DNA of 64,000 nt from Bugula neritina (GCA_964035545.1 OZ037766.1:6376722-6440721); one strand, 5' to 3'; counted from the stretch's first letter, positions 12,032 through 25,130 are shown. Made by a program: numbers and translations. Notes: a model not told the origin generated them from the letters alone.

Positions 12032-15000
12032 TCACAATGAGCTCTCAGCGGAATCGCGAGTAATGTTAGAGGTCAAGCTATCTGGTAGCATAGCCTTCTT
12101 AACCTCATCGCTATTAGAGTTTGCACTGTGTGCTTGATGTCCACCTTGTCTCTCTATAGATCTCAACTTCCGGAGAGGAAAACACATTACACCTGATAGC
12201 AAGATGGCCGACCCGGACAGGTAGAAGCCGCTACTGAAGTTGCCGGTGAGGTCATATAAAAGTCCTAAAAATGTCAATAAAATATTAACTCTCAATTGAA
12301 ATCATTCATAACAGCGTTTCAATAGTATATTTGGATAACGTTTCTACTGCATCATAGTTAAAACATACACCTTCCCCCAAATACCAGTATATGATTTCCA
12401 GAACTCGAACTCACCGGCCATGGGTGTGCCAACAATAACACCGAGACCCTGCAGCACCACCAGCTGTCCAAAAGCCGTGGTCAACTTGTCTAAACCCATC
12501 AGCTCCACGACTATTAAAGACCTCAATGAGCTGAAGGCGGCTGAAAACACAAACAACTTTATAGTTCACAGGTTTGCTAAAGATTTGGTAAGTTGTTAGT
12601 AAAAGAATTATAAACATGCTTAAATAGAGACATAAAACTATCTTCAACAGATGCTGAAAGATATTTCTAGTAAAGTTACCAAAGCAATCACACCGACATT
12701 GCTTCAACAATTAGTAGTCTACTTCTTTAAAAATCAAGTTACCCCAAACATAACACTCAAAGAGAGGCAAAGAAACTAAGTGCAGACAACTCTTATAGTA
12801 GATAGCCTACTGACCTACACACAGTCCAAACACAGCAGAGAATACTTCCAGTAGATAGCGCTCATCAAAGTGGGGCAGAGCGAGCACAAAGCCACCAGCT
12901 ATGACGAGAGCTATACTGTTTATGATGATAGAGTCGACCCCTTCCTTGCCTCCTAAAGCACCGGCAATCACACGGCCCAGCGTATTAGTACCTCCCATAA
13001 TAGAGAGTAGACACGCCACGTCCATTGTACTGATGCCCAGACTTCTGGCGTACACAGGTAAAAAAACGAAGGGCACAAAGTAGCCTACAATTATAGAAAA
13101 CTCTTTACAAATGTCATCTTCATCCATAGTTATGTTAAAGGGTTCCTTTACAAATCAAAACAGCAGTGCTTTTGCTATGATACTCGAAGTTATCTTCTCC
13201 TAACTTGCCAATGAGCATCCCTTTCACAATTAACATTCTAGCCACACAATTCAGAGTTATCTACTCATTAGACTGAAAATCCGCTCATTCACCTCTACAT
13301 ATGGACAAGTGAGCAGGCTTCTTTCATATAGAAAATATGCATTTATTTTATAAGCTGCTAGTCGCAAAACTAGATTATTTTACTTTCTCAACCAACTCGC
13401 ATGAGCTAAATCAATAAAACTATTGGGACAAGTTATAAATTAATTACAAGTGCCATTATAATTATACAGGAAAAACTGTAACTATTATATGCATACTACA
13501 GCGCTAGATCTAGCTGCACATAGCTCATCAGCTCCAGCAAGAAAAGAAAACTCCAAATTGTGAGTTTCACTGAAAATTAACAAATGAAAACATAACTTAA
13601 AAAAATGTTCCACTTATCTATTGAGAATTCATAAGAAGAAAATAAATCTCACCCATCATTGTAAGAAACGATGAGATTGACAGCACAACAAATGTGGGAC
13701 TTGAAAAGGTAGACGTGTCAAGTATAGACCTAAGTACATCTCTAATAGACTTGGGCAGACACTCAAGTCGGTACCAACAGCAGCCATGATCTTCTTCCGC
13801 AGTCACATTATCTCGAGGAACCTGCGTGATGCTTGCAACGTAATTGTCTACAACCAATAGGAAGGCTTAAAGTGTAAAGGCACACTCAACATGCACAAAC
13901 ACGAACATAAATAATAGCATAGGGCACCTGGTGCCACATGTCAGCTGATTCATATCTATAGCCCTGCAGACTAAACAACATACAACTGTGTAAAATGTTC
14001 ACAGGAAATGGATGCAGTAGTCAGTTACTTCTTGACTGCTAAACATACATTGAGATTATTCAGTGGCATTAGTAACTATTGTATTGACTACAGTAAGCTA
14101 AGTACATGCAGTGAACAGAGGTTATAAAGGTCACACCTACTACACATCCTTCTATTGTATTAGTCACTGTGATACAATTATATAGACTGAATTATTCGCC
14201 CTCTATCCAATAGTTACTAACATTACAGACAACCATCTAAAAACATCACCATTATTTCTGAAATCCTTTTTATAGTTATATATTGCGCAATACTAGAAAT
14301 ATTCACTTTTGATCTATAAGATTTTCTAAACCATTTCCAAAGAATCGGGAGTTACCTTCTCTAAATTTAAGTTTCTAATTGAAACAGTATTTGTTGGTAT
14401 AGGCATATAGCATGTTCTTAGTACTATATTTGATAGGCAATTGAACACATCCTACATGTATTTTCATTCTAACCCTGTTAAACTTAGAATAGATACTATG
14501 TTAAAATCCTTTTTCATGTTTCATTTTTAAGGTGAAGTGCTAAAAAACAAATTTAAAAACAGCAAGAAAATCAAATAATAATTATCATCAATTCCGTGAC
14601 AGAACAACATTTTCCCACCACATCAATAACAATATTGAAGATAATACAAGTGTTGGTCCAGCAAAGTAGTGCTACGAGACAAATTTGAACCTAGAAACAC
14701 TCAACATTGATTAGCATGTGTTCCACCAGTACTTAGGTTATCTCAGGAAGGTTTAGTACGATATGTCAAGATTTCAAAACCTGAGATGCGGGCTAGTCAC
14801 CTCAGCCAATCAGCTGCTGGTGTGCAGATTGCTCTTACTTTGAGTAAAGTCTAGTATAGTTTTAGTAATTATTAGAATTGTGAAACATGCCATACTGATA
14901 GATAGTTAAGCTGATAACATCATACCTTTGTGAGACGGATAATCTATTCAAAGTATTTCAGATGATTGTGAATAATATAGCAGGTTTGCTTATGAGATAT

Positions 15001-18000
15001 AAATAGATAAATTCAACAAACTATTACAAATGCAGTTTCTGACCAAACTAGTCGTACTACAAATTATTAACAAACATATTTTCCTACAAACTGGTTGCTG
15101 CATAAAGAAACACCATGACCTAAAGAGAGAGTAATTCACTGACCTATATTGCTGGTATACTGAGGTAAGTGATGAACGCTGCCAGAGTAGAGAATATCTT
15201 GTCTGTACATCGGCCTATCATTATCTGGCGTGTGATTTCTGTATAGCCTGAGTAACTCCTCAGCATTCTCAGAGTTAACATTGGTACTGGCTGTAGAGGT
15301 GCCCCCAACCGAGACACCACCAACTGAGGCAGCTATGGAGATGTTATCTGCAGTTGCAAAGTCCTGAACTGAGTGATAGTTTCTCTCTTTACTCCCACCG
15401 TGTACTGGAGATGCCTGCAAAAAGAGAGGACATTCTAATATGCAGAGTTGTCACCCCACTCTGCATATAGTTGCAATCCATGCTTTTTAAAACATGCTAA
15501 GATATTGTACATATTAGCAAGTAATAATGTGTTTTAATCCAACTTCCAGAATATAAATAAAATTAACTTATTTTACATAAAATTTATAATACAGTGAGTA
15601 GAGTCATCAGGGCTAGGGACTTTGTTTCTGCATAAAAAATTCAAGTGCAAGCTGGAAAAATACATTCAATAAATTTTAATATATATAATATACATATAGT
15701 ATACAAAACACTTACAAACTAAAATATCCATAGTAAGTAAATTAATAAGAATAAAGAAAAACCTTGTTGGGCTGAAGACTTTTTACACTGCCGTGACATG
15801 AGCTTGTGTCATTTACAAGGTTACTGGGTGTGGGTGTGAACTTGAGATGCCTAACAGCCAATGGGGAGCCAGCACTAGGGGGCGTGTCAATACCATTCAC
15901 TTTGATGTCTGGGATAGCCCTGTGTTGTACCTGAGGGGTGCCTGTCAATAGAAACCTACAGTACTAAAGTATAACAATAGAAACCTACAGTACTAAAATA
16001 TAACAATAGAAACCTACAGTACTAAAGTATAACAATAGAAACCTACAGTACTAAAATATAACAGAAACCTACAGTACTAAAGTATAACAGAAACCTACAG
16101 TACTAAAGTATAACAGGTTGGTTACACGAGGTATCACACACAGACCTGCTTTAGAAGAGTAGGCTGAGTGAAGTTTTGAAGAACCACTTATGTTGTCTTT
16201 ACTTCTACCAATAGCTGCCTTGAATCTAAAAGATGTTTCAAGAAATGAAATGCCGTGTAAATTCCGACACCATATATTCAACTAGCTGTTACCCTTGTCT
16301 AATCAGTATATAACAGAGCAATAAGTTTAGCAAATTTAGAGTTTACCTGCCATCATTGCATATCCATTATAAAATTTCATACCGATTGAGAATTGACGGT
16401 TTTCGTTCCCTGAACTCCATCTCCATGTCAGCAGGCCTCACCAGTATGTTTTCCTTAGTTATGATCACATTGTTCATGCTGCCAGTCGACACTGTTCGCT
16501 GCCGCTTCTTTTCTTCTAGTAACCTACATTGTAATATTGTCCGCTATTATATAGTAACCGACATTGTAATATTGTCAGCTATGATATAGTAACCTACAGT
16601 GTAATATCGTCAGCTATGATATAGTAATCTACATTATAATATTGTCAGCTATGATATAGTAATCTACAGTGTAATATTGTCAGCTATGTTAGTGTGATGT
16701 AGAATGAAGAGAAAAGTTAAACTGAGTATATAATATCATAGAACATTTAGAGTTGGCTGTTAAACAGCACTGCTACATGCAACATACATGTAATTCCAAA
16801 AACCTGAAAATGAGTTATGATTTCAGCACATATTATATTATATATTATATAACGTTATATTATACATTATATTATGCAATCTTATATTATACGTTATTAT
16901 ATTATATTATGCTATATTATATATTATTATATGGCCAATTTAAGTTACATCATGTAATGTCATATATAATATATTATTATACTATGCATTATTACATGAG
17001 AACAGCTATCAAGTAGTCTATTTTGTATGCTAAATCACAATATTATACAATTTGCTGAACCCATTAAGAGTACAATATAGTGCATAGTCAACATGAATAT
17101 GAAGTTACAAACAAATTACAGAACATTGAACATACTAATCCATAACCAAAACAAGCACACCTCTTATAGTTGCAGCAAACACATTCCCTTAGCTATACCC
17201 TCAATTTCCTACATTGATACATAGAAATGTTAGCACATAGCCTGAAGATTTTCATGGTAAGCAAAGCATTAGTCAAGAAGTTATCTCCCCTAACTCCGAT
17301 GTCAAAGCATCCATTTTAAACCGGATTTAAAACATACCCATGGCAGTGAGGCTGTGTAAAATAATCAAACACTCCTGCAACTAATTACATCTCAAATCTA
17401 ACAGTTGCTAACACTGAAGATTACACAACTAACAGTGCAGTGTGGAGTGTTGGATTACTGAGCATAGAGAGTGTCACATTAGTCAGTGTCAAAACCAGCA
17501 CAATATTCCTTTATAAATTAAATACAATTAAACCAAAATATAATATTATTCAATGACACATGAATCAAGGAAATGAGAAGTGATAGTGTCAACACTAGAT
17601 AGTAGATAAGTCTAAAATATTGCAGGTACACCTGTGGAACTGCAAACAGCATAGTAGAAATAGTATTATGACTGTACACGACAATACAGTAAACCATAGT
17701 AAAAACAACACTGTGACGGCACATTGAAAGTATTTTCAATATTGAAGTGTCACACACCTTTGCATTATCAGACAAGTCTGGGGTCCAATTTTCCGGTCTT
17801 CTTCTAGACGCTGAAGAATAAGTTTCTTGCGCCGATTAAAGTTGGCGTCTATGGGCCGGTAGAGAGAACCTGCAATAATGTCACCAGAATTTACAACTTG
17901 TGTTCTTGGAGCCAGAGGCATCACATTCAACAACTGCTGTGGTGTATTCATGCTACTAGTTTATGGCTACAAGAGGGAACAGCCGTGGTCTAGAGGTTGA

Positions 18001-21000
18001 AACGTTTGCTTAGTAAACACGAAGTCATGGGTTCGAGCCCCGACAAAGGCTATTGGTGAAGAGCATCCAGTCATAATTACTACTGTGCCTCATATAAATA
18101 AGTCCTTAGCCTGATTTAACAAAAAAAACTCTATCAGGGGTTTCTCACAGGAATAGCAACTATAAACTTGCGTGAATTCTTTTTATGACTACAAAAGTAC
18201 CTAGTACGAATGCCTGCAGCACAGCCCCACTGAGTAGTAGTAAAACCTGCTTCCACTCAAACTCCTCGAGGAGATAGGTTACAAGCGGGGCGACCGTTGA
18301 CATGCCCACCCCAGACCCACACATGGCAAGAGTAGCTGCTATAGATCTCCTCTTCTCAAAGTAGAAGCCAACAATCACCATGGCTGCCATGAACATCATG
18401 CCAAAACCTATACCTACAAAATATCATCAGTTTTGGCTAAAGTTAGTAGAGCGCTGAGTAGTGTATGCCCTTTACATCTAACATCTATCAAGTGGGCTAC
18501 ACAGAAGAGATTACAATGAGATATTATACTACATAATATTGTATAGTAGATGGTGTATATTGCCTTTCATAACATCTTCAAATACTACCTATGTGTGTGC
18601 AAAATTATATCAGCTAATAAAAATATTAGCTGTAGTTACTACAATATCATGTCTATTAGTTGAGCTATATAGCAGTTGTGGAGTGATTGTAAGCTGAATA
18701 GGATATGTACTATTCAAAGTCTATGACTATACTATGACTATACTATGACTATACTATGGCTATACACTATGACTATACACTATGACTACACACTATGACT
18801 ATACACTATGACTATACACTATAACTAGACACTATGAATTGTATGCAACTGTAGTTGGCTAATCATAAAATATCAAGACAAAATGGATGAGGAAACTTAT
18901 TTTTGTGTTGAAGAATAATAAGGAATATTCAACACCTTCCAAATATTTTCAGTCTCAATGAACAAATATAACTGCATTTAAACAACTCGATTTCACTGTT
19001 ATCTGGCCTTAAGAAAAGAATTTTCAAATAAACAAACTAGTAAAAATGTATAAAACGTTAAGACAAAGGAACCTTGTTTTTTACCTGATGAGGCTGGCAT
19101 AATGACCTTACAAACCTAAAATTAAACACTTTTGTCTCATAATAGACCCTTTGTGTAAACAGCAGACTAACTAATATGTAGTTTGTATCGAGAAGAAATA
19201 ACAGTCAGTATGCCTTCGATTATATTCATACATAGCTGACAGCAGTTTCATATTATCACCTAACTGCTAGAGAATCGTGGGTAATCAATATGATGCAATT
19301 GTTTATGATAGTGTGATATACTGTTTGTAATGCTATGTCTATAGAAGCTTTGCAAAGCACAACATGCTACACCAGTACAGCATTTCCAGCACTAAAATAG
19401 GAGCTGGTGTCTTCAGTATTTACTCCAAACCAACCACTTCTTAAAGTAACAAAACAGAAGATGGTATTTCATATTTCCAACAGGGACACACATAACAGCT
19501 AATAGACGAACAACTTGCTAGCAAAGGCAATGAGGCTTTATTCAGCATTGGCTGTTGCAACATACAGTTTGTAAACAACTGTACACATTTTGGCACAAGT
19601 AACTGCATATATAGACATACTCATTCACAGAAAACCTAAGAAAACAAACTAATATGTTTATTGTTGAGTCTTTTGGTGAACCAATGCCAAAACAGGCATC
19701 TGTTCTCACTGTAAAGAAGCCATATGGATTTTGAAAGGCTAAACTCTTGTTTATCAACAACTGCATAATATTCGTTCCCCACAGGCTTTGCAGTAAATCA
19801 ACAGCACATTTTAAATTAAATTTATAGTTTTGGAAAAAATATAGAAATCTTGCTCTAATGTACACCAGGTGTATTTGAGATTGCCTTGAGCCTCAAAATG
19901 TGAGTGACAATGAATAGTGAAGTTATAGTCAAGTACCACTGCAGCATCTCTCTACCAACCACCAGGCTGGTGCCCCATCACATGCTCAATGATGATCACC
20001 TGAGCATCGGTGAGATGGAAAAATTGACAGGTAAAACATTGAAGAATGTTTCCATGGCCAGCTAATGGCCACAAGCCTCAACACACAGTCTACGCTTTCA
20101 ATGCTTTGCACTTATTTCATAAATAAATTGTCTAACACATTTCTATTTTTAGGACACCATTTTAACAAACTTGTTCAATTTACTTCAAGGAAGTAGTCAC
20201 AAAACACCGTCACTATACATTACACTGTATAATAAGTGTCTATAGCATATATGCATTAATAGGAAACATTATTACATCTACAGTACACGCATAGCACACA
20301 GTTATATAGTTTGCATATACTAGTACACTAACAGTAATAGATTACTTATAGCACATGTAGAGTACATATTATAGCATACTTATATCACATGTACAGTACA
20401 CATAATAGCATGCTTATAGCACATGTGGAGCACATATAATAGTATACTTATAGCACATGTAGAGTACATATTTTAGCATACTTATAGCACATGTAGAGTA
20501 CATATAATAGCATGCTTATAGCACATGTAGAATACATATAATAGTATACTTATAGCACATGTAGAGTACATGTAGAGTACATGTAATAGTATACTTATAG
20601 CACATGTAGAGTATGTACTCACCTGTACAAAAGCCAAACAAGACAAGAAAGAGAGGAGCTGACGGACTATAGCGCGCCAGAAAGAGAGATATGAATGAGA
20701 TTATGCAGCCTCCCATTGCCACACGCCGGCTACCAAACTTATTACACAGAGCACTGGCCAGTGGGGCTACAAGCAGTACGTATCTTACTATACACAGCGC
20801 TGTATAGAGGTCATTTTAGTAACATTTAAGGTATATCAGCTACTTCAGTCAGATTTCAACAGAGATAAGAGACCTGTTTGTATCTAAAAAAATCTTAATA
20901 AATTCGACTTAATTTATTTTCCGGTTGAAAAAAAATCAAATCTTGCTAGCAAATATTCTTTAAGCCTTCGACAAGTAACACAAGTGCCACAGCTGTCATG

Positions 21001-21579
21001 TGCATGCAGAAACCCCCTTCTTTTTATTTTTAAACATTAAAATGACTAATAAACAAGGTTGAGAATGGCATAAACTCAATCTGTATATTACAAGGAATAT
21101 TTGTACATTAGTTTGCATCCGACATTCTATAGCTTTCTGGTAAATGCACATACTATAATTATATTACACAACGCCACCATTAAACAAAGTTTAGACCTAC
21201 CAGAGAACATGTAGACTCCTAGTAAAAGAGCTCCACTTAAACTCATAACAGCTGTTGGATGTGTAAGTCGTTCCGACGGCTGGGAGAGAGAGACAAAGTG
21301 CAGAGCATGACTGGGCAATGCATACGGGTACACTGAAACACTGGAGCTGTTTATGTTATAATGATATACAAACTCAGAGATGAGTATTCCAAAACTGTAA
21401 CACATTCCGTCTACTATGGCATTGATCATGAACGAGGCAAACACTACGACCCACCCCCAGCCGCCATCTGGTGGCGGAGGGGGAGGTATTGAGTCTAAAG
21501 CTTGTCTAAATTCCTCCTCTTCCTCACTAATCGTTTCGCTGACATTTCTAGATGTTTGAGATCTGAATCGGGAGGACAT
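12032..21579 (-). CDS. Monocarboxylate transporter (SLC16/MCT family, MFS) with long central cytoplasmic loop, ~780 aa
   Basis: Exons (minus) 21579-21201, 20766-20623, 18413-18201, 17869-17758, 16523-16383, 16225-16146, 15941-15763, 15414-15144, 13847-13653, 13084-12815, 12540-12415, 12264-12032; sum 2343 nt in frame. Signature motifs PPDGGWGWVVVFASF, YFEKRRSIA, GYFVPFVFLP, NTLGRV. The N-terminus may extend into upstream exons. Confidence 0.92.
15946..16115. repeat. 29-bp minisatellite (CAATAGAAACCTACAGTACTAAAGTATAA), about 6 copies
   Basis: Directly visible; fills most of the 204-nt MCT intron 15942-16145 and abuts the acceptor. Confidence 0.9.
16518..16690. repeat. 35-bp minisatellite (AGTAACCTACATTGTAATATTGTCAGCTATGATAT), about 5 copies
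   Basis: Directly visible; the first unit spans the MCT acceptor/exon junction at 16523/16524. Confidence 0.9.
17975..18182 (+). mobile_element. tRNA(Thr-AGT)-derived SINE, copy 2
   Basis: A-box-like GTGGTCTAGAGG, anticodon-arm remnant TGCTTAGTAAACA, B-box GGGTTCGAGCCC. TSD TTATGGCTACAA (17961-17972) / TTATGACTACAA (18183-18194). Confidence 0.85.
18721..18836. repeat. 11/13-bp tandem repeat CTATGACTATA(CA)
   Basis: Directly visible, about 9 units. Confidence 0.85.
20340..20617. repeat. 34-bp minisatellite (ATACTTATAGCACATGTAGAGTACATATAATAGC), about 8 copies
   Basis: Directly visible; ends a few nt from the MCT donor GT at 20622. Confidence 0.9.
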
Positions 21580-21666
21580 TTTCTTATTAAATGTGTTTTC
21601 TACAAAAAAGAAAACATTTCATCAGTTTATTGCTAAGATAATCAAGCTTATCACAGCAACGTTTAC

Positions 21667-21712
21667 CTGAACTTTCACCAGGAGTGGACAATGTTATGTC
21701 TCCAAGTAGTCC
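21667..21712 (-). other. Putative upstream exon of the MCT gene (in frame: GLLGDITLSTPGESS-E-NTFNKK-MSSRF)
   Basis: TTTTTAG acceptor and CAG|GTAAAC donor. Splicing to the acceptor at 21599 is in frame with the 21579 ATG with no stop. Confidence 0.45.
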
Positions 21713-22585
21713 CTAAAAATAACCTTTTCCACATAAATATAGCACAGCAGTATTATTGGGAAAATGTTTGCATTCCATGCTAGAGTTTTCTTAAACAACA
21801 TCTGCAGATCTTGTGATGACATAAGGACACTCTCAGACTAAAAAGCCACTTATGTGACAGCCTGGCTGATTTAACCTACTGTGTGATTTTATTCCTTCAG
21901 CTTGTAATGTTCATGTTGAGTTCCGCACATAAGTGTAGCTGCCATCACTTTGAGCTACAACAAAGAACATTCTAACATAAGAAAAATTACAAGTATTGTA
22001 TCAAGTCAACCTAACAATAGCTGCTCTATTCAATGAAGCCATTAATGTGCTCAGGTATTTTCATAGCAAACACTGACGAATTCCAACATTTATACTAGTT
22101 TATTATTTACAACTTCAGGAAAAAACATCATATAAACTGATGGGATTATAACCTTATGCTACAAAAAAGTCCAGTAAAGAGAAGATTGCAGAAATAAAAT
22201 ATTAATACTACAGTCCTGATATGATTATTTAAACTGTTATGTTTACTCATACTCGATTAAACTTGGTTAAAATAACAATAATTTCCATTTACTAAGTGCA
22301 AAGCTTATTACAGGTCATTTGATCTTTAATGATATGTGCAAATTACTTTATGAATATCACTCAGAGGTTAGTCAATACATTAAAAATGAAATTCCCAGTT
22401 ATTGCATGTTGTGTGAAGAAGAGAATAGTAACACCACCTTTAGCTCTTCATTTAAATGCACTCGGCTAACTGTTCCAGGAAAACTAAGAACTCAATGTAA
22501 ATAAACTCTGTATGGTGGGCAGCTCAACTTACAGAAAGGAAATTTGTGGTAAAGAAAGGTGCTAGCATACTATAAATCTTCAATA

Positions 22586-23459
22586 AAAAGGATATAGGAT
22601 ATGTATAGGGGAAATGTTACAGCAGTGAGAAGTACAGTTGGAATAACAGTAGGCCTTCATGCAAAAGTTGGTTTGCATCAGGGATCAGCCCTTAGCCCAT
22701 TCTTATTTGCAGTATTGATGAAGAAGAACAAGAACTCCCATAGCAAATACTATTTGGGAATGACACTGTTATATATGTGAGAGAAGGATAGAGCTGGTCA
22801 AGGAAGTCTGAAAGGATTAGCACTAGAAAATGAAAAAGAAGAGCGAAGGCCAAGCACTTTGATGTGAATAACAGAACAAGGGATCTTCGATCTGAATACA
22901 GAAAGCACAATGCCCTAGAGCCAGAGACTTGAAGTATCATGGAGCTATAATACAAGTAGATGGTGACCAGGAAGTGAAGAGAAAGGAACAGGCAAGTTGG
23001 AATGAGTAGAAAAGGGTCTCAGATATTATATGTAATAATAATGTGGGCTAGACTGAATAGAAAGATATACAGTGCAACAGTAATGCCAGAAGTTTATCAT
23101 TCAGCGACAATGGGACTAGCTGGCGCAGAAATTGAGAATACTTGGACTAGAAATTAGAGTGAAAAAATAGATAGGATTAAACAAAATAACAGGTGAGGAA
23201 AGAGTTGGAGTGAGCTGGGAGTCTATACTGAGATGGTATGGTTATATGTTGAGAAGAGATGGGGGTTGCATAGCAAAAATCGTTATGAAGATGGAATTGA
23301 AAAGAAAACAAGAGAGATGATGATCCACGAGGAGGCGAAAAGGTAAAGGTGAAAGATAAAAAGGACTAAGCATAAGAGATGCGAGGAATCAAAAGAGCCG
23401 GAGAAAGATAGTCTGCTGTGACTACCCGGAAGAAAACAAGTAGAGAGATGAAGAATAAG
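22586..23459 (+). mobile_element. Decayed 5'-truncated RTE-clade LINE (reverse transcriptase remnant plus 3' tail)
   Basis: 22667-22720 translates VGLHQGSALSPFLFAVLM, an RTE-type RT motif, followed by a decayed P*QILFGND (cf. PW..LFADD). Purine-rich coding-like strand, 3' end CTGCTGTGACTACCC...GAAGAATAAGA. Degenerate TSD ATACTATAAATCTTCAATA (22567-22585) / ATACTATAAACTTTAATA (23460-23477). Confidence 0.8.
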
Positions 23460-24339
23460 ATACTATAAACTTTAATATGACACAAGTGCAGTAATATCAC
23501 TCATGCATAACACATGTAGACTATTAACTTTATTTTCAATTAGTAAACTAAAAGAATTGAAAGAAACAGCCAACAATGATTTTCATCAAATTAGCACTTT
23601 ACTAGTTATAATTCCTTTTCACAATGTCTGAAGTAGAGACTTACTGTTTGAAACAGTGATAAGTAGAATTAATGTATGTGTTTAAAACCATTATACCACA
23701 TTACTTGAAGTAAAAAATTGTAGCATCAATATTTACAGACATTGATGAAAAGGTACCATGTTGCATATCGGCTCAAAGGTGAATGGCAGGGAGAGAGAAA
23801 GTATTTGTTAGCAGAGTGGTACAAGAAATAGGCACAGTTATGTTTATTGGAGGTTCTGTGAGAAACAGTTTACACAATGGCTAAATCTACATATTGGTAA
23901 AATATTAAAATTTATAAAGCATATCTTAAAAAATGAAGCAAACAAGCAGTAGCATATTGAACCTCAAGCATTATAATTATGTTGATAAGTGAGTAATATG
24001 AACATGAATGGTTTAAATCTTCAGTCTAATGTTGCTCATTTTAAACAGATAATTATCAATTCAACTTTAATTACACTTAAAATTAAAAAGCTAGTTCAGC
24101 TAATGCTAAATACCGAAATGGTAAAAATAAATGCTATTATAATTGACATAATAATTATGGCAATTATAATAACAATACTTGAACGCAGAGTGATTTTAAA
24201 GCTACTAAATACTTTTACTTGAAAATATTATCATTATGGTTGTGAAAATAAAATCATTGAATACTCAATTAAAGTAGGTAGAAAAACAGACAAGAATTCT
24301 CAAATGTTAATCATACTAATGCTATTAATGAAAATTTGA

Positions 24340-25130
24340 CTGCAATTCTTAATTACTATTAGCATTACTTATTATTATAATTATTACAATTAACTTTAAG
24401 TCACTTAGAGACTCAGACTAGAGTTAGTGACTCAACAATTATAATCATAATGATAATGACTAAATTCAACAGCACTTTCACTTTGACTTTGGTTTACAAT
24501 AGCAGAGACTCAAACTGCAACCTGATGGTGATATGTAAGTAGAGTTAGTTTTAATTCTAGTGATTCCAGCTACTTTAAGACAACCACAATGAAATATCCA
24601 AATCCACATAGTAAACTTATACTTTTAGTAATATCAACAGTAATACTAATAGTAATAGTAACTCTAATTCTGAATCTAATCACTAAATTTAATGCTAAGA
24701 GGAAGTCCATGATGAATATATAATTATTAATAAATATATTAATACTATAAATATAATTAAATTTAATATAACTGTAATTTACTATCACTATGACCTGGAC
24801 TTAGACTATTCATTATCATAAAGTAAAAGTGATTATCAGTATCAATATGACTATCAAATTGACTTTATGAGTCATGAGAGTATCACTATCAGTATTGAGT
24901 CATACACTCATACTCGTAGTGATAATCATAATGATGATAATCGTAACGATATTCATATTGAATAACTGATATTGTTATACTTATTGTAATCGTTTATCAT
25001 TATCATTATGAAATGATTATCATTATGAAGTTGAATAACATTAACAGAATATGATTATCATATTGATATTGATATTCATTATGATTATCATTATCACTGT
25101 TAGTGTTATGACTAACTCTAAGAATAAGAT
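24340..25130. repeat. Degenerate 3/6-nt periodic AT-rich tract (AAT/AGT/ACT/ATC triplets)
   Basis: Visible runs such as AGTAATACTAATAGTAATAGTAACTCTAATTCTGAATCTAATCACT and ATCATAATGATGATAATCGTAACGATATTCAT. Confidence 0.6.

Noticed and set aside
14680-14760. Faint second tRNA-like SINE remnant, with a possible relative near 6080-6110
   Set aside because: Similarity is limited to about 20 nt and no TSD could be defined.
17975-18045. tRNA-Thr-like sequence as a functional tRNA gene
   Set aside because: The acceptor stem does not close, and it continues into a body shared with three other TSD-flanked copies, so it is a SINE head.
23390-23460. The RTE LINE as the demonstrated partner of the SINE
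   Set aside because: No convincing shared 3' tail between this decayed LINE and the SINE copies by eye.
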